A DNA stretch of 64,000 nucleotides from Alphaproteobacteria bacterium (GCA_963665325.3 OZ224045.1:448001-512000); one strand, 5' to 3'. Numbered from the stretch's first letter, positions 17,338 through 28,327 are shown. Notes: generated from the sequence alone by a model not told the origin. A program made the numbers and translations.

Positions 17338-17816
17338 GGGATCGTCACCGTCTCGGACGCACCGGAGAGCACGATGGTCCCGGCGGAGATCCGCACGGCG
17401 CTGCCGGCGGGCAGCGCGATCCTGTAGACATGGTTCTCCCGGTCGTACTCGAACAGCGCGCCGTCGGCGTGCCTGGTCACTCGCTTGTCCGGGTCGCTCG
17501 CGGGCGCGGCGTGCGCGTCGCTGTAGAGCGCCGGCAGCGCGAGCGCCTGGTTGAGCTCGCCGGACGGCGCCAGCAGCACGACCTGCTCGCCGATGTCGGG
17601 CGCCCACCAGTTCCGGTCGTCGCCGGCGCGGGCGACCACCCACGGAATCGGGGCGGTGAGGACGGGCGCCCCCGCCTCGTCGACGTCGTAGCAAACGCGT
17701 ATCCGGTAGCCCTCGGCGTCGAGCTCGGCGACGGTGCCGCTCCGGACCACGTTGGCCAGCCGCCGCGCCAGCTCCACCAGGTCGAAGCCCTCCTCGGTGC
17801 GGCGGCGGTCATACAT
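17334..17816 (-). CDS. Baseplate assembly protein V (spike)
   Basis: RRLANVVRSGTV, PW..ARAG..R.WWAP.IGEQV.LLAPSG, DGA.FEYD. Confidence 0.92.
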   Translation of the reverse strand: MYDRRRTEEGFDLVELARRLANVVRSGTVAELDAEGYRIRVCYDVDEAGAPVLTAPIPWVVARAGDDRNWWAPDIGEQVVLLAPSGELNQALALPALYSDAHAAPASDPDKRVTRHADGALFEYDRENHVYRIALPAGSAVRISAGTIVLSGASETVTIP

Positions 17817-18472
17817 CAGCCGGCCCTCCGCAGCGGCAACGGCCCCTCGTCGTTGACATCGACGCAGAGCACGTCGGGCGTCTCCGCCGGGCACGGCTCG
17901 GGCTCGACGCCCCGCACCAGGCGGCCGGTCCGGTATTCGTCCTGCCACCAGGCCCGTCCGGAGCCGTCGTCGATCGCGACCATGCGCCCGCGTGCGAGCA
18001 CCAGCGGCCGCCACCGCGCGGCATCGGTGGCGCGCTCGTCCGGACCCGGCCCCAGCAGCCGTATCGTCGTGGCGTCGGCGCGCACCAGCGTGCGGCCGAC
18101 ATTCTCGCCCTCGGGCGACCAGCCGAGCAGCGCGCCGCGCACATCGCCGATCAGCTGCTGCAGCAAATCAAGGGTCTCGCCGCTGCGGTCACCCTTGCGC
18201 CCGCCCGGATCGTTCACCGCGTCGACGCCGCAGGCCACCGCGACGGTCGTGGCGTGGCGCTGCACCACCCGCTCGTCATCGTCCGTATCGAGCGGCGCCT
18301 CGAACTCGTCGGCCAGCACCAGCACGCCGACGGCCGGCCCGCGCGGCATGGTCCGCCGCGCGCCGGACAGATCCAGTATGCTGTAAACGCAGCGCAGGCC
18401 GAGCGGCGGCGCGGCAAGGCGCGCCCGGACAAGATTGGCCAGGCCCAGCGAGGATCGCGGCGCGGTCGTCAC
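17816..18472 (-). CDS. Putative tail terminator (gp37-like)
   Basis: Lies after gp36; VRGALLGWSP and WWQDEY motifs. Confidence 0.6.
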   Translation of the reverse strand: MTTAPRSSLGLANLVRARLAAPPLGLRCVYSILDLSGARRTMPRGPAVGVLVLADEFEAPLDTDDDERVVQRHATTVAVACGVDAVNDPGGRKGDRSGETLDLLQQLIGDVRGALLGWSPEGENVGRTLVRADATTIRLLGPGPDERATDAARWRPLVLARGRMVAIDDGSGRAWWQDEYRTGRLVRGVEPEPCPAETPDVLCVDVNDEGPLPLRRAG

Positions 18473-18473
18473 G

Positions 18474-18914
18474 TCAGAATCCCTCCAGCTCTCTGTCGCC
18501 GAATAGGCGCGTCGGGCTGACAACGCTGCCGAGCGCGCGCCTTTGCACGACGTCGCCGGCGGAACTCACCAGAACGCGATTTCCTCCGGCTATGGCGTCC
18601 AGCCTTTCGAGCGCCATCTTCGTGCGCTTGGCGACCGCATCCGACTCGTCATCGTCCCAAAGGCGGGCACGCGCCAGGTCGACGACTATTGCGGTCAGCG
18701 CCGGGAAGGTTCCGGACAGCGGCAGGTCAAAGGTGAATGCGAGGCAGCTGTCGATCATCGCCGAGACGTCCTCCAGCGCCGTCGCGACGCCCGGATAGTC
18801 CTCGGCAACCGGGGGTTCGGCGTCCGGCATCGGCTCGACATACGAATGGTCGAGCCTCTGCATCTCGCTGGCGCCGAAGCGGTCGACCATGTCCTGCCAG
18901 ACCGCATAGGCCAT
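18474..18914 (-). CDS. Mu gp36-like head-tail connector (DUF1320)
   Basis: MAYA...DM..RFG..E, AL.D.SA.ID..L...F.LPL, L.AIA.G. Confidence 0.85.
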   Translation of the reverse strand: MAYAVWQDMVDRFGASEMQRLDHSYVEPMPDAEPPVAEDYPGVATALEDVSAMIDSCLAFTFDLPLSGTFPALTAIVVDLARARLWDDDESDAVAKRTKMALERLDAIAGGNRVLVSSAGDVVQRRALGSVVSPTRLFGDRELEGF

Positions 18915-18997
18915 CTACAGCGCCCCCCGGTTCGCCCAGCCGCACAGGCCGCCGGCCACCGCCAGCGTGAGCAGGATTATGACGGCCCACTGCAGCA

Positions 18998-20026
18998 TCA
19001 GATGATAGTCACCACGACCGGATCGACAGGGCCGCCGTCGGCCGGGACCCAGTGAGTGCCGGCAACCGGCTGCCACTCGACGGTCAGCTGCCGGTTCAAA
19101 GGCGCCCGTTTCTCCCATTCGACCACGACATTGCCATCCTCGATCGAGACGCTCAGTCCGGCGAACCGGCCCCGGTCGAGGGCCTTGTGCCCGCCGGCGA
19201 TCTGCACCTTGCCCTTGCCGGCCCACGTCTCGGGCCGCAGGAACTCGACCTGCCCGTCTTCGACCGCGCCCTTGAGCACGAGCTCGCCCTTCTCGGGGTC
19301 ATCCGCCGTCGTCTGCCGCACTGGCGCTGCGCCAGCATCCGGCTCCCCGTAGGGCCATTGGAACCTGCTGCCGCCGCCGGAGCCGTGGTCGTCCCGCCAG
19401 CGCACCCAGAAGACCAGGCCGGGAGCCGGCTCGATGCCGTGATCGCGGAGGTCGAGCGTTCCCTTGCCGCCATCGACGGAAATGAACTTGACGATCCCCT
19501 GCCGGTATGTGTCCAGCCAGCCGTCAACGCTCCGGTCGAACCAGTTGCAGACGACAATCGTAAAGCGCGTGTAGAGGCAGTCGAGGAACGGGTGGTGCGT
19601 CTCCCAGGAGACGATCGGGCCGTCGGCAGAGATCGTCCCTTCCGTGCGTATCCACGCGATCATGGGGTTGTATTTCGACCGGGGCCTCCGCTGCCCCAGC
19701 CCGTCGCAAAGGTCCATGACCCTGCCCCGCAGAGGCTCCGGCAGTCCCCTGATCTGCGAACGGACATGCGCCCAGCCCGACGGCCGGGTCATGCTGTTGT
19801 AGGCCCCGCGCAGGCAGATACCGCCCTTGCCTGCCTTCTGGAAGATGGAGGTGATCCCGCCGTCGTAGCCGCCGCCAGAGCCTTCGCCGCTCATGCGCAT
19901 GTCCGCGACCTGGTAGTGGAACGCCTCCCAGCAGGTCTCTTCGAGCTGGATTTGCCAGGGATCGGCCAGCCCGTCGATATAGGCGCGCCAGTCGGCGACG
20001 GGCTGCATGTGCATCAGGTCGATCAT
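18998..20026 (-). CDS. Hypothetical phage protein (342 aa)
   Basis: ATGA overlap with the upstream gene; coding-like composition; no family recognised. Confidence 0.7.
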   Translation of the reverse strand: MIDLMHMQPVADWRAYIDGLADPWQIQLEETCWEAFHYQVADMRMSGEGSGGGYDGGITSIFQKAGKGGICLRGAYNSMTRPSGWAHVRSQIRGLPEPLRGRVMDLCDGLGQRRPRSKYNPMIAWIRTEGTISADGPIVSWETHHPFLDCLYTRFTIVVCNWFDRSVDGWLDTYRQGIVKFISVDGGKGTLDLRDHGIEPAPGLVFWVRWRDDHGSGGGSRFQWPYGEPDAGAAPVRQTTADDPEKGELVLKGAVEDGQVEFLRPETWAGKGKVQIAGGHKALDRGRFAGLSVSIEDGNVVVEWEKRAPLNRQLTVEWQPVAGTHWVPADGGPVDPVVVTII

Positions 20027-20652
20027 TCCACTTCCTCCATCGCGAAGGACGACTTGGCCGCGCCGCAATCGGGGCACTTCCAGTCGTCCGGCACGTCCTT
20101 CCAGCGGGTGAACGGCGGGATGCCCTCGTCCGGCCAGCCCCTGGTCTCGTCGTATACGAGGCCGCAGGCCGCGCACTTCCAGCGCTTGAAGACGATCTCG
20201 CCGCCCGTCAGTTCAGGCGTCCGGTGCACGAAGTTGGCCAGCCCGGCGATGTTGCCGTTCTGGTCGACCTGGAATGCGACCTCCATCGGGAGATCGGAAT
20301 CGCTCCCGAGGTAGAACCAGCGGCGGTTCTTCGCCTCGACCGGGACCAGCAGCGGGATCGTCGTGCCGGGCTCCGGTCCGATCTGCATGTCGAGGACGTG
20401 GCGGGCCACGTCGTCCCTGTCGAGTACGACCAGGACCGGCTGTTGCTCGTGCAGCGCCCGGATCAGTGACACGTCGCCCCGCTTGAACTGCGCCAGGAAC
20501 GCCTCGGCCTGGACATGCGACCGGATGGCTCCGGCCGCCGTGTTCGCGGGCTCGCCGAGCGCCTTGCGGCACTTATCGGCAGTGTCCGTGCCGACGTGGG
20601 CGACGCCTTGCAGCTTGGGCAGGTCTTGATCGGTGAGGTTGAGGATGCGCAT
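20023..20652 (-). CDS. Unknown N-terminal domain fused to a C-terminal rubredoxin
   Basis: [43 protein letters not shown] is a canonical rubredoxin sequence. Confidence 0.85.
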   Translation of the reverse strand: MRILNLTDQDLPKLQGVAHVGTDTADKCRKALGEPANTAAGAIRSHVQAEAFLAQFKRGDVSLIRALHEQQPVLVVLDRDDVARHVLDMQIGPEPGTTIPLLVPVEAKNRRWFYLGSDSDLPMEVAFQVDQNGNIAGLANFVHRTPELTGGEIVFKRWKCAACGLVYDETRGWPDEGIPPFTRWKDVPDDWKCPDCGAAKSSFAMEEVE

Positions 20653-20683
20653 TCCGTCTCCTATCGAGCGCTGTAAACCGTCA

Positions 20684-23272
20684 TTATGGATTGACCACTC
20701 GTTGCACCAGTGCGCCGAACGCATTGCGCCGGCGCGAGAAAGCCATCGCATACGACTGAATGCCGGGGTGGAAGAAGTTGTCGGTTGCAGGAACGTTTAC
20801 TGCCGGGCTGCTGTTCAGCCGATCGAACCGAGCATCTGTCGCGTTCCAACGATACAAGTGACCGTCGGTGCCAAGGCCGAGCAGGACATTCCAGACGCCG
20901 GACCAGGCGAGCCTGTAAATCGGCGCGCCTGCGTTGGCTGTCAATTCGCTGACGCTGTCGTCTGCAAGATCGATTTCAAACAACTGGCCGCCCTGCGCGA
21001 CGGCCCAAAGTCGCTCCGAAGAGGCGGCAAGACCAGAAATCCAATCCGTGTCGGTGTAGGAGCGGTCCAGCACCAGCCGCCCGATCGCTCCGGTTTCCAG
21101 ATTGAGTTCGTGGATGGTGTTATTGCTTGCTATGGACGACAGGTAAGCCGCCGAGCCGTCGTTGGCGATGGTGAAACTTTCCGGCGTAAGGTTGCCCCAT
21201 CCCGCGCCGACGCGCTCCGCCACTCCTGTGTCGCTGTCGAACCTGAACAGGCCGCTCAGCGCCCCCGGAGTGGTTCTTGCGGCAGCGACAATATAAGCCT
21301 GCCCCGTGATCGGGTGCCAGGCCAGCCCGGTGATGTAGACGTTCGCCTGGAGCACAAAGGAGTCGTTGCGATACGGCAACCGCCGCAGTTCGTTATTGCC
21401 GTTGAAATCCCGGTAACGGAACCCCTTTATTCGACGGTTCCAGAACCCGAACTCGGCCCCTGCCAGGTGCAGCGCCTCGCTCAACTCCGTCTCGGCCAGG
21501 TCAAGCGTGTCTTCCCGGTCTTCGCGGGAATCGAAGTCGAACGGAACTGTGGTCTCCGGCTCCTCGGGCAGTTGCGTGCCGTCTGTGCCAGGGATGAGGC
21601 TGAGAGTGACCAAAGCGGTCGACGCCGAGACCAGGTGGTTCAGGGTGTGGAAGTCCGCGAAGGCGACTTCGATTTCCTTCGTGACGTCATCCAGTGTGAC
21701 GGTGACGTGCTCTACCGTGCCCCCGGCGAAGTCCGTCCTGACCGCCGCTCCGACCGTTGCGCCGATGGCATTGGTCGGCAGAATGTCATTCTCGTTGCCC
21801 GTCAGCGTCACATGGCCGGCAAAGGGCCGCTCTCCATTGTGGTCCCATGCCTCAATCACCGCCGCGATACTGGCGAGCGGGTCCGCTGCAATCACCGTGA
21901 GCGAGAACGTGTTCGTTGCCGGATCGTAACCGAACGACAGCGGTTCCCGCGCGCTGGTCGTTGCCGCCGAACCGCCGCTGAAAGCGTAGTTGCCGTGGCG
22001 CAACCAGCCGATGGCTTCATTTCCGCTTGAGTTCCACCGTCTCGCGGTGATCAGCTGGTTGCCGTTATGCCGCGCACGGTTAATTGCGGCGACGAGGTTG
22101 TCCACGGTGTAGTTCAGCGACGTGGTCAGGGTCGCGGAAAAGCCGCTCGTGTAGGTCAGCGCTGGAGGTGTATCGCGCTCTACGGTCTGGACGTCTATCC
22201 GAAAGGCATTCCCAGGCTCGCCTGCGGAGTCCACGCCTATTTCGATACCCGCACCCTGACCGCTCGCCTGAATACGCACGCTCGCATTTTGCGCGGCACG
22301 GCTGGTCGCCGGGTTTCCTCGGACTACAGCCAGATCGTAGATGTTCGGGTCGATCCCGTGGCCGGCGAAGGCTGGCGGAAGAGTGAGCCGCAGCCTATTG
22401 GCCGCGTTCCTGCCTGCCAGCGTGACGGTGGAGGGAGTGTAGCTGGGGAGCGATTTTGTCAGCAGCTTCCAGGCGTGATCCGCTTGCCCGGAATGGACAC
22501 GGACGCCGCGATTTACGTTCTCGCGGGAACGGATGTATGCCACTCCTCCGCGTGACAGTTCGGACTGAATCCGTTCGGAGAACCTGCCGTCGAATTCACC
22601 GCGAAAGACCGACTGCCCGATGTGCACGGCGGATGAGGTGAGCTGCAACAGCAGCAGGGTCACATCTCCGAGCGTGTCAGGGTCCCAGTAATAGTCCCAC
22701 ACCTCATCCACGCTGGCGCCCAGATATTGGAAATTCGTCAGCAGGTCGTAGTAGGACTGTCCGGGCGCGCCCTGGATGTCGACGCGCGCCTGCCTGGGGT
22801 CCACACCGGCCCGGACCCGCACGGCGATCCGTCCATCCAGGCCGGAATCCAGGCTGACCGCATACGAGGCGGCTCGGGCCTGTGCCAGGTTCCAGTTGCC
22901 GGTCCGAAGCGCAATCCCACCCTCGGAACCGTCGACGAGCGCATCCGTCCAGCCCGTTGCCGGCGGGGGCGCGTGCAGGTCGGAGGTGCGGTTCTGGAGG
23001 CTGGAAATCTGCTTTTCAACGGCCTCCGCGTCCCCGCTGTAGGGCAGGTCTCTGGCCTCGTAGCCATCGCCATCCGCATTGCCGACGAGCGGCTTGCCCG
23101 CGTTCCGGGTTGTCGGTTGAGGTATTTCCTGGCGCAGCACGTCCGCACGGTCGAGCGTGTTCCGCACGCCCCCGTCGAGCTGGGTCTTCGCAAGTTCCCC
23201 GTCAATCGCGGGCGCGTCGATCAGCTTGCCGTCTGCACGGGTCGATCTGATCTTGTCGGGAAAGTCCGTCAT
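20684..23272 (-). CDS. Large virion-associated / fibre-like protein with a probable C-terminal beta-propeller (862 aa)
   Basis: ATGA overlap with the upstream gene; beta-rich; repeated GLAW / LFRFD..TG blade-like segments at the C-terminus. Confidence 0.6.
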   Translation of the reverse strand: MTDFPDKIRSTRADGKLIDAPAIDGELAKTQLDGGVRNTLDRADVLRQEIPQPTTRNAGKPLVGNADGDGYEARDLPYSGDAEAVEKQISSLQNRTSDLHAPPPATGWTDALVDGSEGGIALRTGNWNLAQARAASYAVSLDSGLDGRIAVRVRAGVDPRQARVDIQGAPGQSYYDLLTNFQYLGASVDEVWDYYWDPDTLGDVTLLLLQLTSSAVHIGQSVFRGEFDGRFSERIQSELSRGGVAYIRSRENVNRGVRVHSGQADHAWKLLTKSLPSYTPSTVTLAGRNAANRLRLTLPPAFAGHGIDPNIYDLAVVRGNPATSRAAQNASVRIQASGQGAGIEIGVDSAGEPGNAFRIDVQTVERDTPPALTYTSGFSATLTTSLNYTVDNLVAAINRARHNGNQLITARRWNSSGNEAIGWLRHGNYAFSGGSAATTSAREPLSFGYDPATNTFSLTVIAADPLASIAAVIEAWDHNGERPFAGHVTLTGNENDILPTNAIGATVGAAVRTDFAGGTVEHVTVTLDDVTKEIEVAFADFHTLNHLVSASTALVTLSLIPGTDGTQLPEEPETTVPFDFDSREDREDTLDLAETELSEALHLAGAEFGFWNRRIKGFRYRDFNGNNELRRLPYRNDSFVLQANVYITGLAWHPITGQAYIVAAARTTPGALSGLFRFDSDTGVAERVGAGWGNLTPESFTIANDGSAAYLSSIASNNTIHELNLETGAIGRLVLDRSYTDTDWISGLAASSERLWAVAQGGQLFEIDLADDSVSELTANAGAPIYRLAWSGVWNVLLGLGTDGHLYRWNATDARFDRLNSSPAVNVPATDNFFHPGIQSYAMAFSRRRNAFGALVQRVVNP

Positions 23273-25521
23273 GACGCGGCCCCGTAGGTGATCGTGTAGA
23301 CGTAGGAGCCGGTGCCGACGATGGCGGCGTTCTGCGCGGCGTTGGAGCGGTAGACGTAGTGCGAGACGCCGTTGAAGTTCCGGTCGTTGAGCCTGGTGAA
23401 GGCGTCCAGCACGTTCGTCGGGTTGCCCGGCACGGTCAGGCCGGTCGGCAGGCCCTGATTCTTGGGCACAGCCCACCAAACCCAGCCGTTATCCGACTCC
23501 GCCGGCACGGTGAGCGTGTCGTCGGTCTGGGGCTGTGCCGCGTTGAACTCCGCATTTGTCGGCTGTGCGGCGGCCGACCAGCCGATGTAGCGATTGTGCG
23601 TGGCCGGAGCGCGCGCCGGCGAGCCGACGCCGTGGTCGATCTGGTAGCTCCTCGTTTGGACGTTGTCCCAGGACAGGCTCTGGAGGGTCCAGGGATCGAA
23701 GTTGCCGCGATTGTCGCGGCCCCTGATCTTGATCTTGTAGGTGATGGCGACCGGGCCGAGCAGGTCGGCCTCCGTAATCTCCACGTCGTCGGAGCCGTCG
23801 GCGTTCCCGCCGGGCGGGCGGTAGGTGCCGACGGAAATGCCGGAGACCGAGCTGAAGCCGCCGAGGGAGAACGTCGTGTCGACGTTTTTCGTCCACGGGG
23901 TCGGGACCATCCGCGTATGCACGATCTCCTTCCCGTTGAAGGTATGCGTCGTCTCCAGCTCAACCAGCATGATGTGGATCGCGTTCGTCCCCGAGCCCGA
24001 CCAGTTTCCGTTGATGATGAAATTCCCGAACCACTCGGTCGCGAAATCCACCCCGCTCCAGACGCGCCCGGCGATGCTCGTCGAGTCCATCAGCGTGAAC
24101 TCGATGCCCGCAGCGGTCACCGCCTGGTCGGCCGAGATCGTGGCCGGCGTCGTCAAGGCCGGGCGCGCGTAGAAGAGATAGCCGCCGGTCGGCAGATTGA
24201 AGTTCCGGGGGCCGATCTTGAGGCGGTTGAGCAGCCCGCCGTCGGCGCCGTCCGGGTTCGCCTCGACCGGCGTGCCGCCGGCGACCGGCCGGTAAGCCTC
24301 GACCCACCCGTCGGACCCGGCGTGGTCGGGCCCGGCGATCAGCAGCTCGCCCGACGCCGTCTTCTGGACGCTTACCTTGCCGGCCGTGGTCGCGAAGTCG
24401 CGCGCCCAGCGCGTGCCGCTTACCGCGTCGCCGACGCTCGCTTCCGTCAGCCCGTTGTACTCCGCTCCGCGCATCGCGAAGTAGTGCGGAGCGTCGTCAT
24501 CGCCCGGGATCGCGATGCGCAGATAGATCACGTCGTCGGCCTGCATCGCCGGCGGGGTGATACCGGTGGCTTTCAGCGTCGCCGCGAACGTGACGTCGCC
24601 GCGTGCCCCGATCTGGCGGAGCTGGAACGAACCGCCGATCCCGGCGACCGGGATGTCGACCGGGTCGGTTCCGCTCCGCCGCGTGAAGGTGAGCTCGCCG
24701 CCTTCCGCCGAAACGCCGACCACCGCGTCGCCGTCCCGGTTGGCGAGGATGGTCTGGATGACGCGCTCCAGCGTCCAGACGCGCCGCTGCCGCGCCGTGG
24801 GGGCGTCGATAGCCGCCTCGGCCTCGGGCTGGGTTACGGTCGGCAGGAACCGCGCCGCGATCGCCGCGAACGCCTCCACATCGTCGACCAGCCAGACCTT
24901 CACCTCGCGAGAGGTGTTGTCGGGCTGCCTGATGAGCAGATGGCGGCTCGCGTTCGAGTAGATCGTCACGCCGTCGAGCGTGTGCCCGTCCGCCTCCCGC
25001 AGCGCCGATATATCGTCGCCGGAGAAGAACTCCAGGCCCGCCGCCACAGTAATGAGATAGACGACGTTGCCGTCGTTGAGCAGCGTGAAATCGCCGATCC
25101 GCTGCTCGGTCGATACCGCAGACGACACGCCGTCGTGCAGCAGCTCCATCAGGCTATCGCGGATATCGGACGCCGCCGCCGCGCCGATGGCGGCGCGAAC
25201 CGCTGCCTCCTGCCGCCCGGTAAGCGTGCCGGGCGGGTTCACGAACGCCTCTTCGCCCCTTTCCGCTGCCGTGCCGGGGATGTTGCCGAGCTTCGTCTTT
25301 TCAGCCGCCGTGAATGGCCTGGTGAACAGGCCGACCAGGGCCAGGATGCGCGCCGCCGCCCAGCCCAGAACTGTCGTGCCGCCGACGTCGCCCGCCTGGC
25401 CCGCCGTCGCCGCGCGCACGCCGCCGAGCCTCGTCTGTGTGGCTTGCGGGAGCGTATAGTCGGAGGTGCCGCCGGGCGCCGTTCCGGTGCCGGCTCCGCC
25501 GCCACGACGCCTGGCCGGCAT
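23269..25521 (-). CDS. Fibre-like structural protein (750 aa)
   Basis: YTLPQATQTRLGGV and FTAAEKTKLGNI fibre-type motifs near the N-terminus. Confidence 0.6.
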   Translation of the reverse strand: MPARRRGGGAGTGTAPGGTSDYTLPQATQTRLGGVRAATAGQAGDVGGTTVLGWAAARILALVGLFTRPFTAAEKTKLGNIPGTAAERGEEAFVNPPGTLTGRQEAAVRAAIGAAAASDIRDSLMELLHDGVSSAVSTEQRIGDFTLLNDGNVVYLITVAAGLEFFSGDDISALREADGHTLDGVTIYSNASRHLLIRQPDNTSREVKVWLVDDVEAFAAIAARFLPTVTQPEAEAAIDAPTARQRRVWTLERVIQTILANRDGDAVVGVSAEGGELTFTRRSGTDPVDIPVAGIGGSFQLRQIGARGDVTFAATLKATGITPPAMQADDVIYLRIAIPGDDDAPHYFAMRGAEYNGLTEASVGDAVSGTRWARDFATTAGKVSVQKTASGELLIAGPDHAGSDGWVEAYRPVAGGTPVEANPDGADGGLLNRLKIGPRNFNLPTGGYLFYARPALTTPATISADQAVTAAGIEFTLMDSTSIAGRVWSGVDFATEWFGNFIINGNWSGSGTNAIHIMLVELETTHTFNGKEIVHTRMVPTPWTKNVDTTFSLGGFSSVSGISVGTYRPPGGNADGSDDVEITEADLLGPVAITYKIKIRGRDNRGNFDPWTLQSLSWDNVQTRSYQIDHGVGSPARAPATHNRYIGWSAAAQPTNAEFNAAQPQTDDTLTVPAESDNGWVWWAVPKNQGLPTGLTVPGNPTNVLDAFTRLNDRNFNGVSHYVYRSNAAQNAAIVGTGSYVYTITYGAAS

Positions 25522-25522
25522 G

Positions 25523-25837
25523 TCAGGCCCCGATCTTGGCGGCGACGAGGCGCGAGGCGCCGCCGTCGGTCTTCAGCCACCAGGTCCAGCCTGAGCGCGC
25601 CTCGAACTCCAGCGGCTCCTGGACACGGGGGTTCTCGTCGCGGTTGTAGTGGACCAGAGCGTCCTCGTCCGAAGTCGGCGGCCCGGCGCCTTCGACGTCG
25701 AGGGCGCGGACGATGGTCGAGACCGGCCCGTGGAACTCCACGACGTAGCTCTCGCCGTCGGCCATCGAGAGGCCAGCCTTGGCCTCCTGCCACTCGCCGG
25801 TGAGGTTCATGCCCGGCATCGTCAGAAACGCCCGCAC
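25523..25837 (-). CDS. Hypothetical phage protein
   Basis: In operon directly upstream of the 750-aa gene. Confidence 0.55.
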   Translation of the reverse strand: MRAFLTMPGMNLTGEWQEAKAGLSMADGESYVVEFHGPVSTIVRALDVEGAGPPTSDEDALVHYNRDENPRVQEPLEFEARSGWTWWLKTDGGASRLVAAKIGA

Positions 25838-25951
25838 AGCGCCGTCAGGGGTCCCGCCGGCGTTCCGGGTCGCGGAAGGCTTGTGACCTGTTTAAATTCG
25901 CAGGAAACCCCGTTTAAACTCGAAATCACGGGCAGAGCCTCCTCCGGGATA

Positions 25952-26293
25952 TCAGGCGCGGTCGGGAAACGTCGCCGCGACGCCGTTCACGGCGAACATC
26001 TTGCCGCTCTCGATCTGCGTCAGCGCGGTCGCGAAGTTGCGCATCGCGTCCTGATGACGCTCGACCTGCCCGGCGTCCGGGTTCTCCATCTGGCCGTAGC
26101 GAAACTACTCGATACCGCGCGCGTTGATCACGGCCTGCATGGCGCTGGCCGCGAACGCCTTCACGCAAGCGATCGCGGGATCGCCCGCCGGGTTGAAGTC
26201 GAGCCCGGCGCGACGGCCGGCCTCGCCGTCATGCGCGGCGGAGACCGAGTGGTGGTTGCCGTCGCCGGCGTTGAACGATGCTGAGAAACTCAA
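25952..26293 (-). pseudogene. Acb2/Tad1-like small helical protein with an in-frame TAG at 26105-26107
   Basis: TTG overlaps the upstream TGA. GRRAGLDFNPAGDPAIACVKAFAA...*...RNFATALTQIESGKMFAVNG resembles the FNPS..V..IK / R..A.A.T..E.A.MWAVKA pattern. Confidence 0.55.
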
Positions 26294-26988
26294 GAGCCTT
26301 CTCCCTGTTGTGCCGCACAGGCGGCGTTGCGCTGGTCGGCGGATACGTCGAAGCCGACAGCGGCCTCGATCGCCGCGACCGTCGGAATCCCGGCGGCCGT
26401 CCAGGACGCCGGGTCCTTGCCGATCTTCAGCACCGCGACGGCGCCGGCGATCGCGTCCTCGGCCTTCGCCTCGAAACCGAGCGCCCGGTAGAACGCTCCG
26501 GCCTCTTCCGGCGTTGCCCGCTTGACCGCTTCGATCGCCGTGTCGAGCGCGGCCTTGACCGTCGACGGCGTGGCGAGCGCCGGGCCGATGATCGAGTGCG
26601 AGCGCAGCCGCCCGATAAACGCGGTCCGCTCCTCCGGAGTGCCGCGCGCCCAGGCGTTCCACGCCGCGTCCAGCTGTTCCTGGCACGTCGGCGTCGAAGG
26701 CGGCGCCAGGGCCGCGTCGAGCTCCTCGGGCGTCAGCTCGCGCAGACGCGCGATCTGCGCGCTCGTGAGCGTCGGCGGATCGAGCTCGTCGACGGCCTCG
26801 TCGCCCTGGACGATGACGACGAGCTGCGGGTCGGCGCGGAGCCGCTCCAGCTGCGCCTCCGGCCAGTGGCCGGGCGGCCAGTCCACCGGCGTCGGCGTGT
26901 GCTCGACGCCGCACCGCCAGCGGGAGTCCTGGAGCGCGGAGATCGTGACGGCGGGAGTGGTCATGACGGTCCTCGTTACGCAAGCCAC
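26290..26988 (-). CDS. HI1506-like Mu head-region protein
   Basis: RWRCGVEH...W...QLERLRADPQLVV; follows the major capsid gene. Confidence 0.7.
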   Translation of the reverse strand: MACVTRTVMTTPAVTISALQDSRWRCGVEHTPTPVDWPPGHWPEAQLERLRADPQLVVIVQGDEAVDELDPPTLTSAQIARLRELTPEELDAALAPPSTPTCQEQLDAAWNAWARGTPEERTAFIGRLRSHSIIGPALATPSTVKAALDTAIEAVKRATPEEAGAFYRALGFEAKAEDAIAGAVAVLKIGKDPASWTAAGIPTVAAIEAAVGFDVSADQRNAACAAQQGEGS

Positions 26989-27899
26989 CGCGAGACCCGG
27001 AGTTCGGCCGTCCCGCGATAGACGTTGGTCGCGCCGGCGGCGTTGCGCTCGGCATTCAGGATTTCGAGCCCGTCCCGCTCCAGCGACGGCGGCACGACAA
27101 GGTGCGTCGGCTTGAGGCCGAGCGGGCGCCCGTAGTCGCCCTTCATCTCCAGCAGGGCCACGCGCGCCTTCTCATAGTTGTCCGCGTTGAGCGGCGCGTT
27201 GGAGCCGTATGCGCCCTGCCACAGCCCGAACCCGACATTGTCGCGGCAGTCGACGCCGTAGATGAACTCCTTGCGCATGAAGACGTTGTCGTCCTCTTCG
27301 CGGTCGAGGCGGATGAGATTGGAGGGCCGCTTGCGGATCTGCAGCACGACCGGCTTCATCATCTGGCCGAGGTCGAGCAGGAACCACGGCACGCCGCCCG
27401 TTGCGCCGGAGCGGGCGGCGTCATAGTCGGCGTTGGAGATCGTGGTCCCGCCGCCGGCCTTGTCGAGCACCGGGTGGTCGGTGTCGAAGAAGAACTGCCC
27501 GTCGTAGCAGGCCGTCGAGAACCCGGCCTTGAGCAGCGGCCAGACCAGCTCGTCATAGTGCTTCATCGCCGCGATGCCCATCGCGCGCATGAACGGCGAA
27601 TAGACGCCGTACTGGTCGTCCTCGATGGTGTTCCTCGGCACCCCGATCGTCTGCTCCCAGTCGCGGTTGCGGATCGTGAAATCGTGCTGGCGCAGATTCT
27701 CGACCACGCGCTCGCCGAGCCACTCCTTCATGCCCGGCAGCTGGCCGAGCCAGGGATAGACCTCCTGCGAGGTCATGGAGTTGGTGATCATGGCGACGAG
27801 CGCATATTCGCTCATCGCTTCCTGATCGATGATCCCCTGGCGGAACGAGGCGTTGTAAGCCTTGAACAGCGTGTCGAGATTGGTGCGGTTGATAATCAT
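26976..27899 (-). CDS. Mu-like major head subunit gpT
   Basis: YPWLGQLPGMKEWLGER, IEDDQYGVY, CYDGQFFFDTDHPV, GFGLWQ.AY, PTHLVVPPSLE. Confidence 0.95.
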   Translation of the reverse strand: MIINRTNLDTLFKAYNASFRQGIIDQEAMSEYALVAMITNSMTSQEVYPWLGQLPGMKEWLGERVVENLRQHDFTIRNRDWEQTIGVPRNTIEDDQYGVYSPFMRAMGIAAMKHYDELVWPLLKAGFSTACYDGQFFFDTDHPVLDKAGGGTTISNADYDAARSGATGGVPWFLLDLGQMMKPVVLQIRKRPSNLIRLDREEDDNVFMRKEFIYGVDCRDNVGFGLWQGAYGSNAPLNADNYEKARVALLEMKGDYGRPLGLKPTHLVVPPSLERDGLEILNAERNAAGATNVYRGTAELRVSRWLA

Positions 27900-27913
27900 C
27901 GCTGCAGCTCTCC

Positions 27914-28324
27914 TCAGCCGAACAGGTGGCCGGTCGCGACCCAGGCGCCCTCGTCGTCGACATCGACGACGCGGCCGACGATGACGCCACTCGAATTCGA
28001 GTCCGTGCGAACCGTCTCGTCGTCCTCGACATAGGCGGGATCGCCGATCTGGGCGCGGGCGAATGCCTTGCCGGACACGTCATTGTTCCAGCGGAAGATG
28101 CCCATGCGGACCCGGATGAAGGTGTCGCCGGTGGCGCCGGCGGTCGCCGACTCCTCGGCGCGGCCCACCGAAACATGGTTCGCGGCCTTGGTGCCCTCGA
28201 CCGCCAGGCCGCTGGCGTCGAGAAGCACCATCTTGCCGGCCTCGATCGTCGTGGACGCCTTCACCTTGTAGGCGCCCATATACTCGAAGCCGCCCGTGCG
28301 GCGCGGGGTGTTGCGTTCCGCCAT
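27914..28324 (-). CDS. Head decoration / capsid cement-like protein
   Basis: Lies between the protease and gpT; AYVEDDETV...GRVVDVDDEGAWV. Confidence 0.7.
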   Translation of the reverse strand: MAERNTPRRTGGFEYMGAYKVKASTTIEAGKMVLLDASGLAVEGTKAANHVSVGRAEESATAGATGDTFIRVRMGIFRWNNDVSGKAFARAQIGDPAYVEDDETVRTDSNSSGVIVGRVVDVDDEGAWVATGHLFG

Positions 28325-28327
28325 GGC

